Assembly (NCBI GenBank): GCA_963602035.1 | Contig: CAVCHC010000002.1 | Span: 8,649-72,648 of the forward strand | Source of the DNA: Acutalibacteraceae bacterium | Lineage (GTDB): Bacteria; Bacillota; Clostridia; Christensenellales; UBA1242 | DNA: 64,000 nt | Reading direction: 5' to 3' | Part shown: one piece after another, positions 26,540 through 35,174 of the stretch | How positions within the stretch are numbered: position 1 is the stretch's first letter | How the letters are laid out: the number at the start of each line of letters is the position of its first letter | The notes under the pieces: generated by a model | The model's database searches: none | Seen by the model: only the letters and a program-made list of their open reading frames with translations | Told to the model about the DNA's origin: nothing | Made by a program: the position numbers and the translations under genes

Positions 26540-28624
26540 TTAAAGTTTTTTGATAAGTTTAAGGTCAACGCGGCCTTTTTCGTCGATTTTGATAACCTCA
26601 ACCTCAACGCGGTCGCCAATTGAAACAACGTCCTCAACCTTTTCAACGCGCTTGTCGCTAAGTTTTGAGATATGAATCATACCGTCAACGTTAGCGGTAA
26701 GTTCAACGAACGCGCCAAACTGCATAATGCGCACAACCGTGCCCGTATAGCGCTCGCCAACTTGTGGCTCAAAAAGGATAGAATCGATGATTTCTTTCGC
26801 CTTAGCGCACGCAGCCTCGTCGCTTGACGCAATCATAACCTTGCCTTCGTCAGTGATGTCAATCTTAACGCCGGTTTCATCAATAATCTTATTGATAGTT
26901 TTTCCGCCCGAACCGATAACCTCGCCGATGCGCTCTGGGTCAATGTTAAATGACACAATCTTTGGCGCGTACTTGCTCATCTGCTCGCGAGGTGCCTTTA
27001 TAACTGAAAGCATTTTGCCCATAATCTCCATTCTGCCTTCGCGCGCCTGTTCAAGCGCCGTGGTTAGGATATTTTTGTCAATACCCTTAATTTTTATATC
27101 CATTTGGATGGCCGTGATGCCGTTTTTCGTGCCCGCAACTTTAAAGTCCATATCGCCCAAAAAGTCTTCAAGGCCTTGAATATCGCTTAAAACGACCACC
27201 TTTTTGCTGGCTTCGTCTTTAATAAGCCCCATCGCGATGCCCGCAACTGGCTCTTTAATAGGCACGCCCGCATCCATAAGTGAAAGCGTTGACGCACAAA
27301 CACTTGCCATCGATGATGACCCGTTAGAAGACAACACTTCGCTTACAAGCCTTAATGCGTAAGGGAACTCGTCTTCGCTTGGAATAACTGGTTCAAGCGC
27401 ACGTTCAGCAAGCGCACCGTGACCAATTTCACGTCTGCCAGGTGCTTTTAAAGGCCTTGCCTCGCCCGTTGCGTATGGTGGCATATTATATTGATGGATA
27501 TAGCGCTTGTATTCAACGTCGTCAAGACCGTCAAGTTTTTGCGCATCGCCAATCGTGCCAAGCGTTAAAGCGTTCATAACCTGCGTTTGCCCACGCGTAA
27601 ACACGCCGCTTCCGTGAACGCGAGGAAGAACCCCAACCTCACACCAGATAGGGCGAATTTCTTTCGTGGTACGGCCGTCTGGGCGCACGCCGTCGTTAAT
27701 GATGCTTGCGCGCACCTTTTCTTTTTTCATCTTGTAAAGCGCGTCTTTAATCTCTTGCTCGCGCCCTTCAAACTCTTGCGCAAAATGCTCTAAGCACTTG
27801 CTTTCAACCTCGTCAACCTTCTCGGTTCTAACAAGGCGGTTGGTGGTTACGCCCAAAGCCTCGTCAAGCATATCACTTGCGTAGGCGCGAACGGCCGCGT
27901 CAACATCTTCGCCAACCTTGTAATAATCTATAACCTTTTTAGGCTTGCCACAGTCAGCCGCGATGCCTTCAATAAAGGCAACAATGCGCTTAATTTCTTC
28001 GTGCGCAAACATAATGCCATCAAGCATCTCTTTCTCGCTTACCTCTTTGGCGCCGGCCTCAACCATCATAATGGCGTCTTTGGTACCTGAAACGGTAAGG
28101 TGCATCGAAGACTTTTCAAACTCCGCCACCGTTGGGTTGATGATGTATTTGCCATCAACCAAGCCAACCATAACCGAGCCCGTTGGCCCCATAAATGGAA
28201 TGTCACTTACGCTTAACGCAACGCTTGAACCAATCATCGCGCAAACTTCTGGCGCATTGTCAGGGTCAACACTAAGCGCCGTTGCAACAACCGCAACATC
28301 GTTATAAAACCCCTTAGGAAAAAGCGGACGAATAGGCCTGTCAATCAAGCGGCTTGTTAAAATGCCCTTGTCACTAGCGCGCCCCTCGCGTTTTTTGTAT
28401 CCACCAGGGAACTTGCCAACCGAATACATCTTCTCTTCAAAGTCAACGCCCAGCGGGAAAAAGTCCATCCCGTCACGAGGCTTGTCACTCATCGTAACGT
28501 TAACCATAACCATCGTTTCACCGTATTTAACGATACAAGACCCGTTAGCCAGCCCAGCATATTTGCCAATGCGAACTTCAAGGTCACGCCCGCCAACAAC
28601 AAGCGAATATCTTTTCTCTTCCAT
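26540..28624 (-). CDS. pnp: Polyribonucleotide nucleotidyltransferase (PNPase)
   Basis: Two RNase PH domains plus KH and S1 domains. It lies immediately downstream of rpsO. Confidence 0.95.
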   Translation of the reverse strand: MEEKRYSLVVGGRDLEVRIGKYAGLANGSCIVKYGETMVMVNVTMSDKPRDGMDFFPLGVDFEEKMYSVGKFPGGYKKREGRASDKGILTSRLIDRPIRPLFPKGFYNDVAVVATALSVDPDNAPEVCAMIGSSVALSVSDIPFMGPTGSVMVGLVDGKYIINPTVAEFEKSSMHLTVSGTKDAIMMVEAGAKEVSEKEMLDGIMFAHEEIKRIVAFIEGIAADCGKPKKVIDYYKVGEDVDAAVRAYASDMLDEALGVTTNRLVRTEKVDEVESKCLEHFAQEFEGREQEIKDALYKMKKEKVRASIINDGVRPDGRTTKEIRPIWCEVGVLPRVHGSGVFTRGQTQVMNALTLGTIGDAQKLDGLDDVEYKRYIHQYNMPPYATGEARPLKAPGRREIGHGALAERALEPVIPSEDEFPYALRLVSEVLSSNGSSSMASVCASTLSLMDAGVPIKEPVAGIAMGLIKDEASKKVVVLSDIQGLEDFLGDMDFKVAGTKNGITAIQMDIKIKGIDKNILTTALEQAREGRMEIMGKMLSVIKAPREQMSKYAPKIVSFNIDPERIGEVIGSGGKTINKIIDETGVKIDITDEGKVMIASSDEAACAKAKEIIDSILFEPQVGERYTGTVVRIMQFGAFVELTANVDGMIHISKLSDKRVEKVEDVVSIGDRVEVEVIKIDEKGRVDLKLIKKL

Positions 28625-28712
28625 ATTTATCTCCTACAAAATTAAATTTCGTTTCACAATACCTTTAATTCTGTTTCACAATACAATTTTTGCAAATTAA
28701 CTGAAATTTTTT

Positions 28713-28749
28713 AAAAAAACGGGCGATAAGAATAAGGATTCCATCGCCC
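28713..28749 (-). terminator. rpsO terminator / pnp leader hairpin
   Basis: On the minus strand, GGGCGAU-loop-AUCGCCC is followed by GUUUUUUU, between rpsO and pnp. Confidence 0.65.
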
Positions 28750-28755
28750 TTGCGT

Positions 28756-29019
28756 TTACTTTCTGATTCCAAGTTTTGCAATAAGTTCACGGTAGCCTTC
28801 AAGGTTAGTCTTTTTAAGATAAGCCAAAAGTCTTTTTCTTGTACCAACTAGTTGAAGAAGCCCACGACGTGAATGTAAGTCTTGCTTGTTTGCCTTTAAG
28901 TGCTCAGTTAAATGATTAATTCTTTCAGTTAAAAGCGCAATTTGAACCTCAGGAGACCCAGTGTCACCCTCAGTGCGGCCGAAATCAGCAATGATTTGTT
29001 GCTTTCTTTCCTTTGTCAT
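28756..29019 (-). CDS. rpsO: 30S ribosomal protein S15
   Basis: [51 protein letters not shown]. Confidence 0.95.
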   Translation of the reverse strand: MTKERKQQIIADFGRTEGDTGSPEVQIALLTERINHLTEHLKANKQDLHSRRGLLQLVGTRKRLLAYLKKTNLEGYRELIAKLGIRK

Positions 29020-29100
29020 TTCCTTCTCTCCTTACATTACTCGCCATACACCCAAGCAGAGCGTTGAAGGACGCGCAAAACCTAGGCATAGGTTAAATTA

Positions 29101-29130
29101 ACTATACCACACCGCCCCGCCCCCTGTCAA
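29101..29130 (-). promoter_or_regulatory. SigA-type promoter of rpsO-pnp, with the same G-rich spacer
   Basis: On the minus strand, TTGACA-GGGGGCGGGGCGGTGTGG-TATAGT (18-nt spacer). Confidence 0.5.
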
Positions 29131-29162
29131 GCACTTTCTCAATCTTTCTAAAACCTTGATGG

Positions 29163-29297
29163 TTAAATTTAAAGTTTAAAGTTGAAAGTTTAAATATGGC
29201 CGAGAATTGTTGTTGTCATTATGATGAGCGTTAGCAACGTGGTAATGACAACTGCATTCACCATCCGCTTCTTTTCACTCATCACTCTTCACTTCTC
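29163..29297. repeat. Mosaic repeat cluster R4
   Basis: Modules in order: AAAGTTK heptads 29163-29199; P unit variant GTCATTATGATGAGCGTTAGCAACGTGGTAATGAC 29214-29250; inverted GTGAAAA heptads 29266-29297, abutting the GNAT stop codon. Confidence 0.8.
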
Positions 29298-29299
29298 TG

Positions 29300-29854
29300 C
29301 TATCGCCCACTCTGCCTAAAATGGCTTAGCGTGTTTAGCATAACTTGTTTGTCAAGCCTATACAAACTGGTTTTCTCGCGTTTTTCAATAACAACGCCGC
29401 CTAGGTGCATAAAGGTGTTTCTTGACCTTTCATTTTTATTGTTGATATTAAAATACACGGCGTCGTACCTCTCAAAGTCTTTTTCAGCCGCCAAAAATTG
29501 CAGAGTTTTAAGTAAAACGCGCGTCCCTTTCACGTTTTCAGCCAACTGAATTTCAGCAAGATACAAAAGCCCGTCTTTACCCTCACACAACTCCGCGAAC
29601 CCGCAAATTGCCCCATCCTGATAAATCAAATACAAAAAATAGTCATCCCTCTTGGCAAGAGCCTGCATATTCTCTTTCCACATTTTAAGTTCATCGCTTG
29701 TTGCATTAACCCCAAGTATCACCATATTTTTAGCAATAATTTCAGCCATAGCGGCAAGTTCAAAGTCTTTAAAAAACGTTTTCTTTTGAACGCAAAAGCC
29801 CTCTGCCCTTCCTCTTTCGCGCGCCGCCCCCGCCTTTGTCAATCTACCTTTCAT
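29300..29854 (-). CDS. GNAT-family N-acetyltransferase (start uncertain; 29749 is an alternative)
   Basis: It has an acetyl-CoA-binding-like segment (LYLAEIQLAENVKGTRVLLKTLQFL). The ATG at 29854 lies 6 nt downstream of a TGgTATAAT -10 element, so the mRNA may be leaderless. The tracked ORF start at 29965 is unsupported. Confidence 0.55.
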   Translation of the reverse strand: MKGRLTKAGAARERGRAEGFCVQKKTFFKDFELAAMAEIIAKNMVILGVNATSDELKMWKENMQALAKRDDYFLYLIYQDGAICGFAELCEGKDGLLYLAEIQLAENVKGTRVLLKTLQFLAAEKDFERYDAVYFNINNKNERSRNTFMHLGGVVIEKREKTSLYRLDKQVMLNTLSHFRQSGR

Positions 29855-29860
29855 ACTCCA

Positions 29861-29889
29861 ATTATACCACGCTCCCACTTCATTTACAA
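29861..29889 (-). promoter_or_regulatory. Promoter of the GNAT gene (possible leaderless mRNA)
   Basis: On the minus strand, TTGTAA-17 nt-(TGg)TATAAT. The ATG at 29854 begins 7 nt after the -10. Confidence 0.4.
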
Positions 29890-29992
29890 GCAAAATACCA
29901 TCTTGCCTAGTTATAGTTCGGCTGCTTTGAAATAACAATAGGCGCGGCGGGCGCATAGAATGCAATGTATATTAAAAAAGGAGGAAAACGAA

Positions 29993-30988
29993 TTGAAAAA
30001 ATTTTTTACTATACTTGTTGCGCTGTGTTTGGGGCTTAGTTTGACGCTTGGGCTGGTAGGCTGCAAAAACAAAAAAGACACCATCCGCCTAAACGAGGTA
30101 ACTCATAGCGTATTCTATGCGCCGCTTTACGTTGCCATCAACAAGGGCTTTATGGAAGAAGAAAACATCAAGATAGAGCTTAACAGTGGCCAAGGCAGCG
30201 ACGTATCTATGGCCGCCCTGCTTTCGGGCAACGCCGATGTTGCGCTTTTGGGGCCAGAGACGGTGGTTTACGTTCACGCAAACGGTTCAACTAACCACCC
30301 AATGGTGTTTGGTCAGCTGACCAAGCGTGACGGCTCATTTTTGGTTTCGCGCACGAAATACACTGATTTTAACTGGCAGCGCGACCTTGCGGGCAAAACG
30401 GTTATCGCCGGGCGCCGCGGGGGTATGCCAGCGATGACGTTTGAATACGTCTGCAACCGTAACGGCCTGATTAACGGCAGCAATATTACGCTTGATCTTG
30501 ACACGTCGTTTGGCGCGATGGTGCCAACCTTCCAGGGCGGAAAGGGCGATTTCTGCACAATGTTTGAGCCAACCGCCACCGAGTTTTGTAACAGTGGTCT
30601 TGGGTATATGGTTGGGTCAGTTGGCGAGTTTTCGGGCGAAATCCCTTACACCTGCTTTATGGCCGCGCCTAAGTTTATGAAAGACCATCCAGACAAAATT
30701 CGCGGATTTTTAAGGGCTATCACGCGCGCGTACAACTTTATTATGACTAACGACAGCAACACGGTTGCCGAGGCGCTTTTGCCATCCTTTGACGGGTCAA
30801 CCAAGGCGTCGCTTGCTATCGCGGTTGACAGTTATAAGCGCATCGACGCGTGGATGGCAACCCCAGCAATGACCGAGGCGTCTTACAACCGCCTTATCGA
30901 CGTACTTTATAACTCGGGCACGCTTGATAAGTCAAAAACCGTTAAATTCGGCGACGTTATTGACAACAGTTTTGCGCTTTCGCTTTAA
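29993..30988 (+). CDS. ABC transporter substrate-binding lipoprotein, NMT1/THI5 (SsuA/TauA-like) family
   Basis: A TTG start lies 8 nt after AGGAGG and there is a lipobox (LVGC-K). The periplasmic-binding fold resembles nitrate/sulfonate/HMP binders. Confidence 0.75.
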   Translation: MKKFFTILVALCLGLSLTLGLVGCKNKKDTIRLNEVTHSVFYAPLYVAINKGFMEEENIKIELNSGQGSDVSMAALLSGNADVALLGPETVVYVHANGSTNHPMVFGQLTKRDGSFLVSRTKYTDFNWQRDLAGKTVIAGRRGGMPAMTFEYVCNRNGLINGSNITLDLDTSFGAMVPTFQGGKGDFCTMFEPTATEFCNSGLGYMVGSVGEFSGEIPYTCFMAAPKFMKDHPDKIRGFLRAITRAYNFIMTNDSNTVAEALLPSFDGSTKASLAIAVDSYKRIDAWMATPAMTEASYNRLIDVLYNSGTLDKSKTVKFGDVIDNSFALSL

Positions 30989-31011
30989 AACTAAATTTAC
31001 AGGAGGATAAA

Positions 31012-31767
31012 ATGAAAACACTGCTTACTTTGAAAGATATAAGCCTAATTTACCACACAAAACAAAGCGAAACATTGGCCCTAGATGACTGCTCTTTTGA
31101 AGTGGGTGAAGGTGAATTTATAAGTCTTGTTGGGCCAAGTGGCTGCGGAAAGACCACCATTTTAAGCCTTATTGCGGGGCTTATTAAGCCAACAAGCGGC
31201 CAGATTGTGCTTGCGGGCGAGGTCGTTACGAAACAAAACCCCAACACGGGCTATATGTTTCAGCGCGACAACCTTTTTGAGTGGCTAAGCATCAAAAAAA
31301 ACGTGACCTTAGGCCAAGAAATTCAGCATAAGGCCACAAAAATCAACCAAGAAAAGGCGCTTGCCATCACCGCGCGATACGGTCTTGGCGACTTTTCGGG
31401 GCACCACCCGCGGCACCTGTCTGGCGGGATGCGTCAGCGCGTTGCCCTTATCCGCACGCTTGCAACCGAGCCAAAGCTTTTGCTGCTTGACGAGCCGTTT
31501 TCAGCGCTTGACTATCAAACACGGCTTTTGGTTCAAGACAACGTGCACGAGATAATTAAAAAAGAAAAAAAGACGGCCATACTTGTTACTCATGACATAA
31601 GCGAGGCCGTTGCGATGAGTGACCGCGTTATCATCTTAACCAAGCGCCCCGCGCACGTCAAAAAAGAACTGCGCCTTGAATTTTCGCCCAATTTGACGCC
31701 GTTTGAGCGACGCAGCGACCCGCGGTTTCACGAGTATTTCAATGAGATTTGGGAGGAACTTGTATGA
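31012..31767 (+). CDS. ABC transporter ATP-binding protein (nitrate/sulfonate/taurine type)
   Basis: Motifs present are GPSGCGKTT, LSGGMRQRVALIRTL and LLLDEPFSALD. Confidence 0.85.
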   Translation: MKTLLTLKDISLIYHTKQSETLALDDCSFEVGEGEFISLVGPSGCGKTTILSLIAGLIKPTSGQIVLAGEVVTKQNPNTGYMFQRDNLFEWLSIKKNVTLGQEIQHKATKINQEKALAITARYGLGDFSGHHPRHLSGGMRQRVALIRTLATEPKLLLLDEPFSALDYQTRLLVQDNVHEIIKKEKKTAILVTHDISEAVAMSDRVIILTKRPAHVKKELRLEFSPNLTPFERRSDPRFHEYFNEIWEELV

Positions 31768-32570
31768 AAAAAACATATTCTCCTGAACACAAAAAATACC
31801 TAACCCGCTTGCGCCTTGGCGTTTTTGGGGTGCACGCGTCACGCATACTTTTGCTTATCGCGCTGTTTGGGCTTTGGGAACTTGTTGCAAACACGGGGCT
31901 TGTTGACCCGTTTATAACAAGTTCGCCCTCTCGCATTGTGCGCGCGCTTGGCGAACTGATAACCCAAGGCAACCTGTTTTACCACACGTGGGTGACGGTT
32001 TATGAAACGCTTTTGGCGTTTGCTATCAGCACGATTTTGGGATTTGTTATCGCCGTTGTGCTTTATATGCTGCCGCCGGTAAGACGCGTGCTTGAACCAT
32101 ACCTTGTGGTGTTAAACTCGCTGCCTAAGGTGGCGCTTGGGCCGCTTATCATCGTTTGGGTCGGCGCGGGCGTTAAGGCGATTGTTACCATGGGCATACT
32201 TATCTGTATCGTTGTTACAACAATAAGCATCCTAAACGGCCTTATAAGCGTTGACGAAGAAAAAATAAAACTGCTTAAAACGCTTGGGGCTAACAAAATG
32301 CAGATACTTTTTAAACTGATTTTACCAGCAAATATTCCAAACATTATCGCAGTTTTAAAAATCAACGTTGGGCTTGCGTGGGTTGGCGTTATTATGGGCG
32401 AATACCTTAATTCAAGCGCCGGGCTTGGGTACCTTATCGTCTATGGCGGGCAGATTTTTAAACTTGACCTTGTTATGGCCGCCATCGTTGTACTTTGCGT
32501 TTGCGCCAGCCTGATGTACTTTCTTATCGCCGCCCTTGAACACTTTATTAACAAAAAATTCGGCAACTAA
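31764..32570 (+). CDS. ABC transporter permease (BPD_transp_1 type)
   Basis: An ATGA overlap joins it to the ATPase stop. It has 6 TM helices and an EAA-like loop (LKTLGANKMQILFKLILP). Confidence 0.8.
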   Translation: MKKTYSPEHKKYLTRLRLGVFGVHASRILLLIALFGLWELVANTGLVDPFITSSPSRIVRALGELITQGNLFYHTWVTVYETLLAFAISTILGFVIAVVLYMLPPVRRVLEPYLVVLNSLPKVALGPLIIVWVGAGVKAIVTMGILICIVVTTISILNGLISVDEEKIKLLKTLGANKMQILFKLILPANIPNIIAVLKINVGLAWVGVIMGEYLNSSAGLGYLIVYGGQIFKLDLVMAAIVVLCVCASLMYFLIAALEHFINKKFGN

Positions 32571-32574
32571 CAAA

Positions 32575-32930
32575 ACCGCGGCGCGGTAAGTGAAGAGTTA
32601 AGAGTGAAAAGTGAAAAGTTAAAAGAAGCGGATGAGATTACCACGTCGGCCTATGGCCTCCTCGTAATGACATTTACAGTTGTCATTGCGAGGACGACCC
32701 TTTTACACGCGTCAGCGTGCTCATCAAGAATTTTTATCAAAAATTCGCAGATGAAGAGGAGCAATCAAGCGATAACCAAGCCCACACTTACGTTAGTAAG
32801 GCTGGGCGTAAAATGAGCTTGCATTGCGACGAGGTGGCAATCCCAGCCGCATTTAAACTTTAAACTTTCAACTTTCAACTTTAATTTCAAGCCGCATTTA
32901 AACTTTAAACTTTCAACTTTAAACTTTACT
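32575..32930. repeat. Mosaic repeat cluster R5
   Basis: Modules in order: hairpin 32575-32587; GTGAAAA heptads 32588-32628; P unit 32636-32672; half P 32681-32700; ~120 nt of unique sequence; P variant 32821-32844; two AAAGTTK arrays (minus orientation) 32845-32930, abutting the pfkA stop. Confidence 0.85.
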
Positions 32931-33896
32931 TTATACGCATTTTCCGCCAACGACGTTGTTAAGCGCGTAAAGGTTTTTATCAAACTTGTGTTTCGCGCTT
33001 AGTGCGTCGGCGATTGAAACGGCGATGATTTCGTCTTTGACGATACCAACTGCCCCGCTAAGATTTTTCTTTAACAGCTCAACAGCCTTTGATGCAAAAC
33101 GAAGCGCCAAAATTCTGTCAACTGCTGACGGACTGCCGCCGCGCTGAATGTGGCCAACCACAAGCGGACGCGACCCTATCCCAAGTTTAAGGTTGACGTA
33201 CGCGCTTAGGTCATTTGCGTCAAAGGTTTTTTCGTTTACGATAACAAGGCACGAATTTTTGCCAAGTTCTTTGCATTTTTTAAGGGCGGCGCACACGTCA
33301 TCCTTGCTGACCTTAATTTCAGGCACCAACACGATTTCAGCCCCAACCGCCGCGCCAACGAACAGCGCTATGTCGCCACATTCGGCGCCCATAACCTCAA
33401 TTATCGACGGACGCTCGTGGCTCATCGCCGTATCGCGAATGTTGTTAATAAGGCCAGTGATGGTGTTAACCGCCGTGTCAAACCCAAGCGTAAGGTCGGT
33501 GTAAAACAGATCGTTGTCAATCGTCCCGGGGATGCAAGCCACCTTAACGCCCAGCTTAGACAACGCCAGCGCGCCCGCAAAAGACCCGTTTCCGCCGATA
33601 ACAACCAAGCCGTCAACGCCGTGACGCGCAAGGTTTTCAACCGCCTTTTTTTGTGCGGCTTTTTCTTTAAATTCTGGGCAGCGTGAGGTAAACAACACCG
33701 TCCCGCCCGTCTGCAAAATATTGCCAACGCCCGCGCGCGTTATGTTGATAAATTCGTCTTCAATAAGGCCGCGATACCCCCTTAAAACGCCAACAACCTC
33801 AATGCCCTTGTCAAGCGCAATCTTGGTTACCGCGCGAATGCACGCGTTCATCCCTGGCGCGTCGCCACCGCTTGTTAAAATCGCTATTCTTTTCAT
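32931..33896 (-). CDS. pfkA: ATP-dependent 6-phosphofructokinase
   Basis: Motifs present are MKRIAILTSGGDAPGMNACIRAV, GGNGS, PGTIDND and MGAECG. Confidence 0.9.
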   Translation of the reverse strand: MKRIAILTSGGDAPGMNACIRAVTKIALDKGIEVVGVLRGYRGLIEDEFINITRAGVGNILQTGGTVLFTSRCPEFKEKAAQKKAVENLARHGVDGLVVIGGNGSFAGALALSKLGVKVACIPGTIDNDLFYTDLTLGFDTAVNTITGLINNIRDTAMSHERPSIIEVMGAECGDIALFVGAAVGAEIVLVPEIKVSKDDVCAALKKCKELGKNSCLVIVNEKTFDANDLSAYVNLKLGIGSRPLVVGHIQRGGSPSAVDRILALRFASKAVELLKKNLSGAVGIVKDEIIAVSIADALSAKHKFDKNLYALNNVVGGKCV

Positions 33897-34039
33897 TTTG
33901 CCTCTCCTTTTTGGGTTTGTTCCCGCTTTGTGAACTTTTTAGGTTTAGTGCTTACATCTAACTTTTTTGTTCCCATTATTTACAACTAAAAAACCAGTTT
34001 CCTTAAAGTTCATACCAAACCTTCATTTATTAATTTTAC

Positions 34040-35167
34040 TTACTTTTGTTTTGCTTCGTCTGTGCTTTCGGCCATTTTTAAGCGTGCCTCGTCAAGCGCA
34101 CTCTTTTGGTTTTTCTCTGTCTTTGCGGCCGTTTTAGCGCGCTTTCTTATGCCCGCTAGTTTCTCTTCGGGCTTTTTAAACGCTGCAAGTATGCCCAAAT
34201 CAGACCTATTAGTGTCTAAAATCGGGTTAACCCTGTCGCCCGTTTCTTGCGCACGCCAAACGGCAGAACGTTTGTCTTCCTCTCGTTGCGCGGCCTTATA
34301 AAATTGAAGATAGGTATCCCTTTCAATCGCCTCTTTAAGGTTAGACGGACGCGTTGGGCTAAGTTCATACTTTTCGTCTTTATAGCCAAACCGTTTTGCA
34401 ACCAACTCCATAATCTTCTTCATTTTTCGGCCGGTGGGGTCGCTAGCGCTAACCGCCTTTTTATAGTCATCGCTGTATTTGCTCATCCCGCAAAAGTCCA
34501 AAAGCTCTTGCATATACACGCGCGAGGCAATCACGCCCGCCGCATCGGCATCGATTTCAAAAACAAACTCGTTGTGGCCGCCACCCGCGTCATAATAGTC
34601 CGCAACGCGCACGTCTTTTCGCGCCTCATTTTCAAGTTTTGAAAGCGCAGCCGCCTCATTCGGCCTCTTTTTAAGATTGTTTTCAGCCTCGGCCTGAGCA
34701 AGGTGCTCTACCTCGTGGCCGATGATGGTAAACAGCCCGCTTATCGAGCGCGCACGGTCATAAAAGTCCGCGCCAGACAAACTAAGCCGTTGCGCATCTT
34801 GATACAGCCCCCGCTCTTGGCTTAAAATAAAAACTATCTCTTGCCCGCGTTTAAAGTTGGCAAAAAACGCAAAAGTCTTTGCTTCAAGTTCATCTTCGGC
34901 CACCTTAAAGCCCGTTTGTATCGGCTTGCACCCACGCTCGGTTGCAATCACTCGGGTAAGCGCCGCACTTATTGCGATAACGGTTTCAAGGTTGTTTTCA
35001 GGTGGCAGACCCTCTTCTAAAATCTGTTTAAGCTGGCTAAACACCTTGCGCTTAACGCCCAAAAGCACGCGTTTATCAGTCAAATCAAGGTCGTTAATGT
35101 TATCAACAACCTCCTCTGTGTCGGCAATAACGCCGCTTGCATAATTGTCAAAAAGTACTTTTTTCAT
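34040..35167 (-). CDS. Hypothetical protein with an HExxH motif (putative zinc metallopeptidase) and a Lys/Glu-rich tail
   Basis: IIGHEVEHLAQ is the only recognisable motif. I cannot assign a family. Confidence 0.45.
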   Translation of the reverse strand: MKKVLFDNYASGVIADTEEVVDNINDLDLTDKRVLLGVKRKVFSQLKQILEEGLPPENNLETVIAISAALTRVIATERGCKPIQTGFKVAEDELEAKTFAFFANFKRGQEIVFILSQERGLYQDAQRLSLSGADFYDRARSISGLFTIIGHEVEHLAQAEAENNLKKRPNEAAALSKLENEARKDVRVADYYDAGGGHNEFVFEIDADAAGVIASRVYMQELLDFCGMSKYSDDYKKAVSASDPTGRKMKKIMELVAKRFGYKDEKYELSPTRPSNLKEAIERDTYLQFYKAAQREEDKRSAVWRAQETGDRVNPILDTNRSDLGILAAFKKPEEKLAGIRKRAKTAAKTEKNQKSALDEARLKMAESTDEAKQK

Positions 35168-35174
35168 CTCTTTC

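Noticed and set aside
29855-29992. A TPP (THI-box) riboswitch ahead of the NMT1/THI5-like ABC operon
   Set aside because: I found no CUGAGA or ACCUGAUCUGGAUAAUGCCAGCG-like core by eye. A CTGAGA at 50357 also lacks the remaining THI-box elements and has no downstream plus-strand gene.
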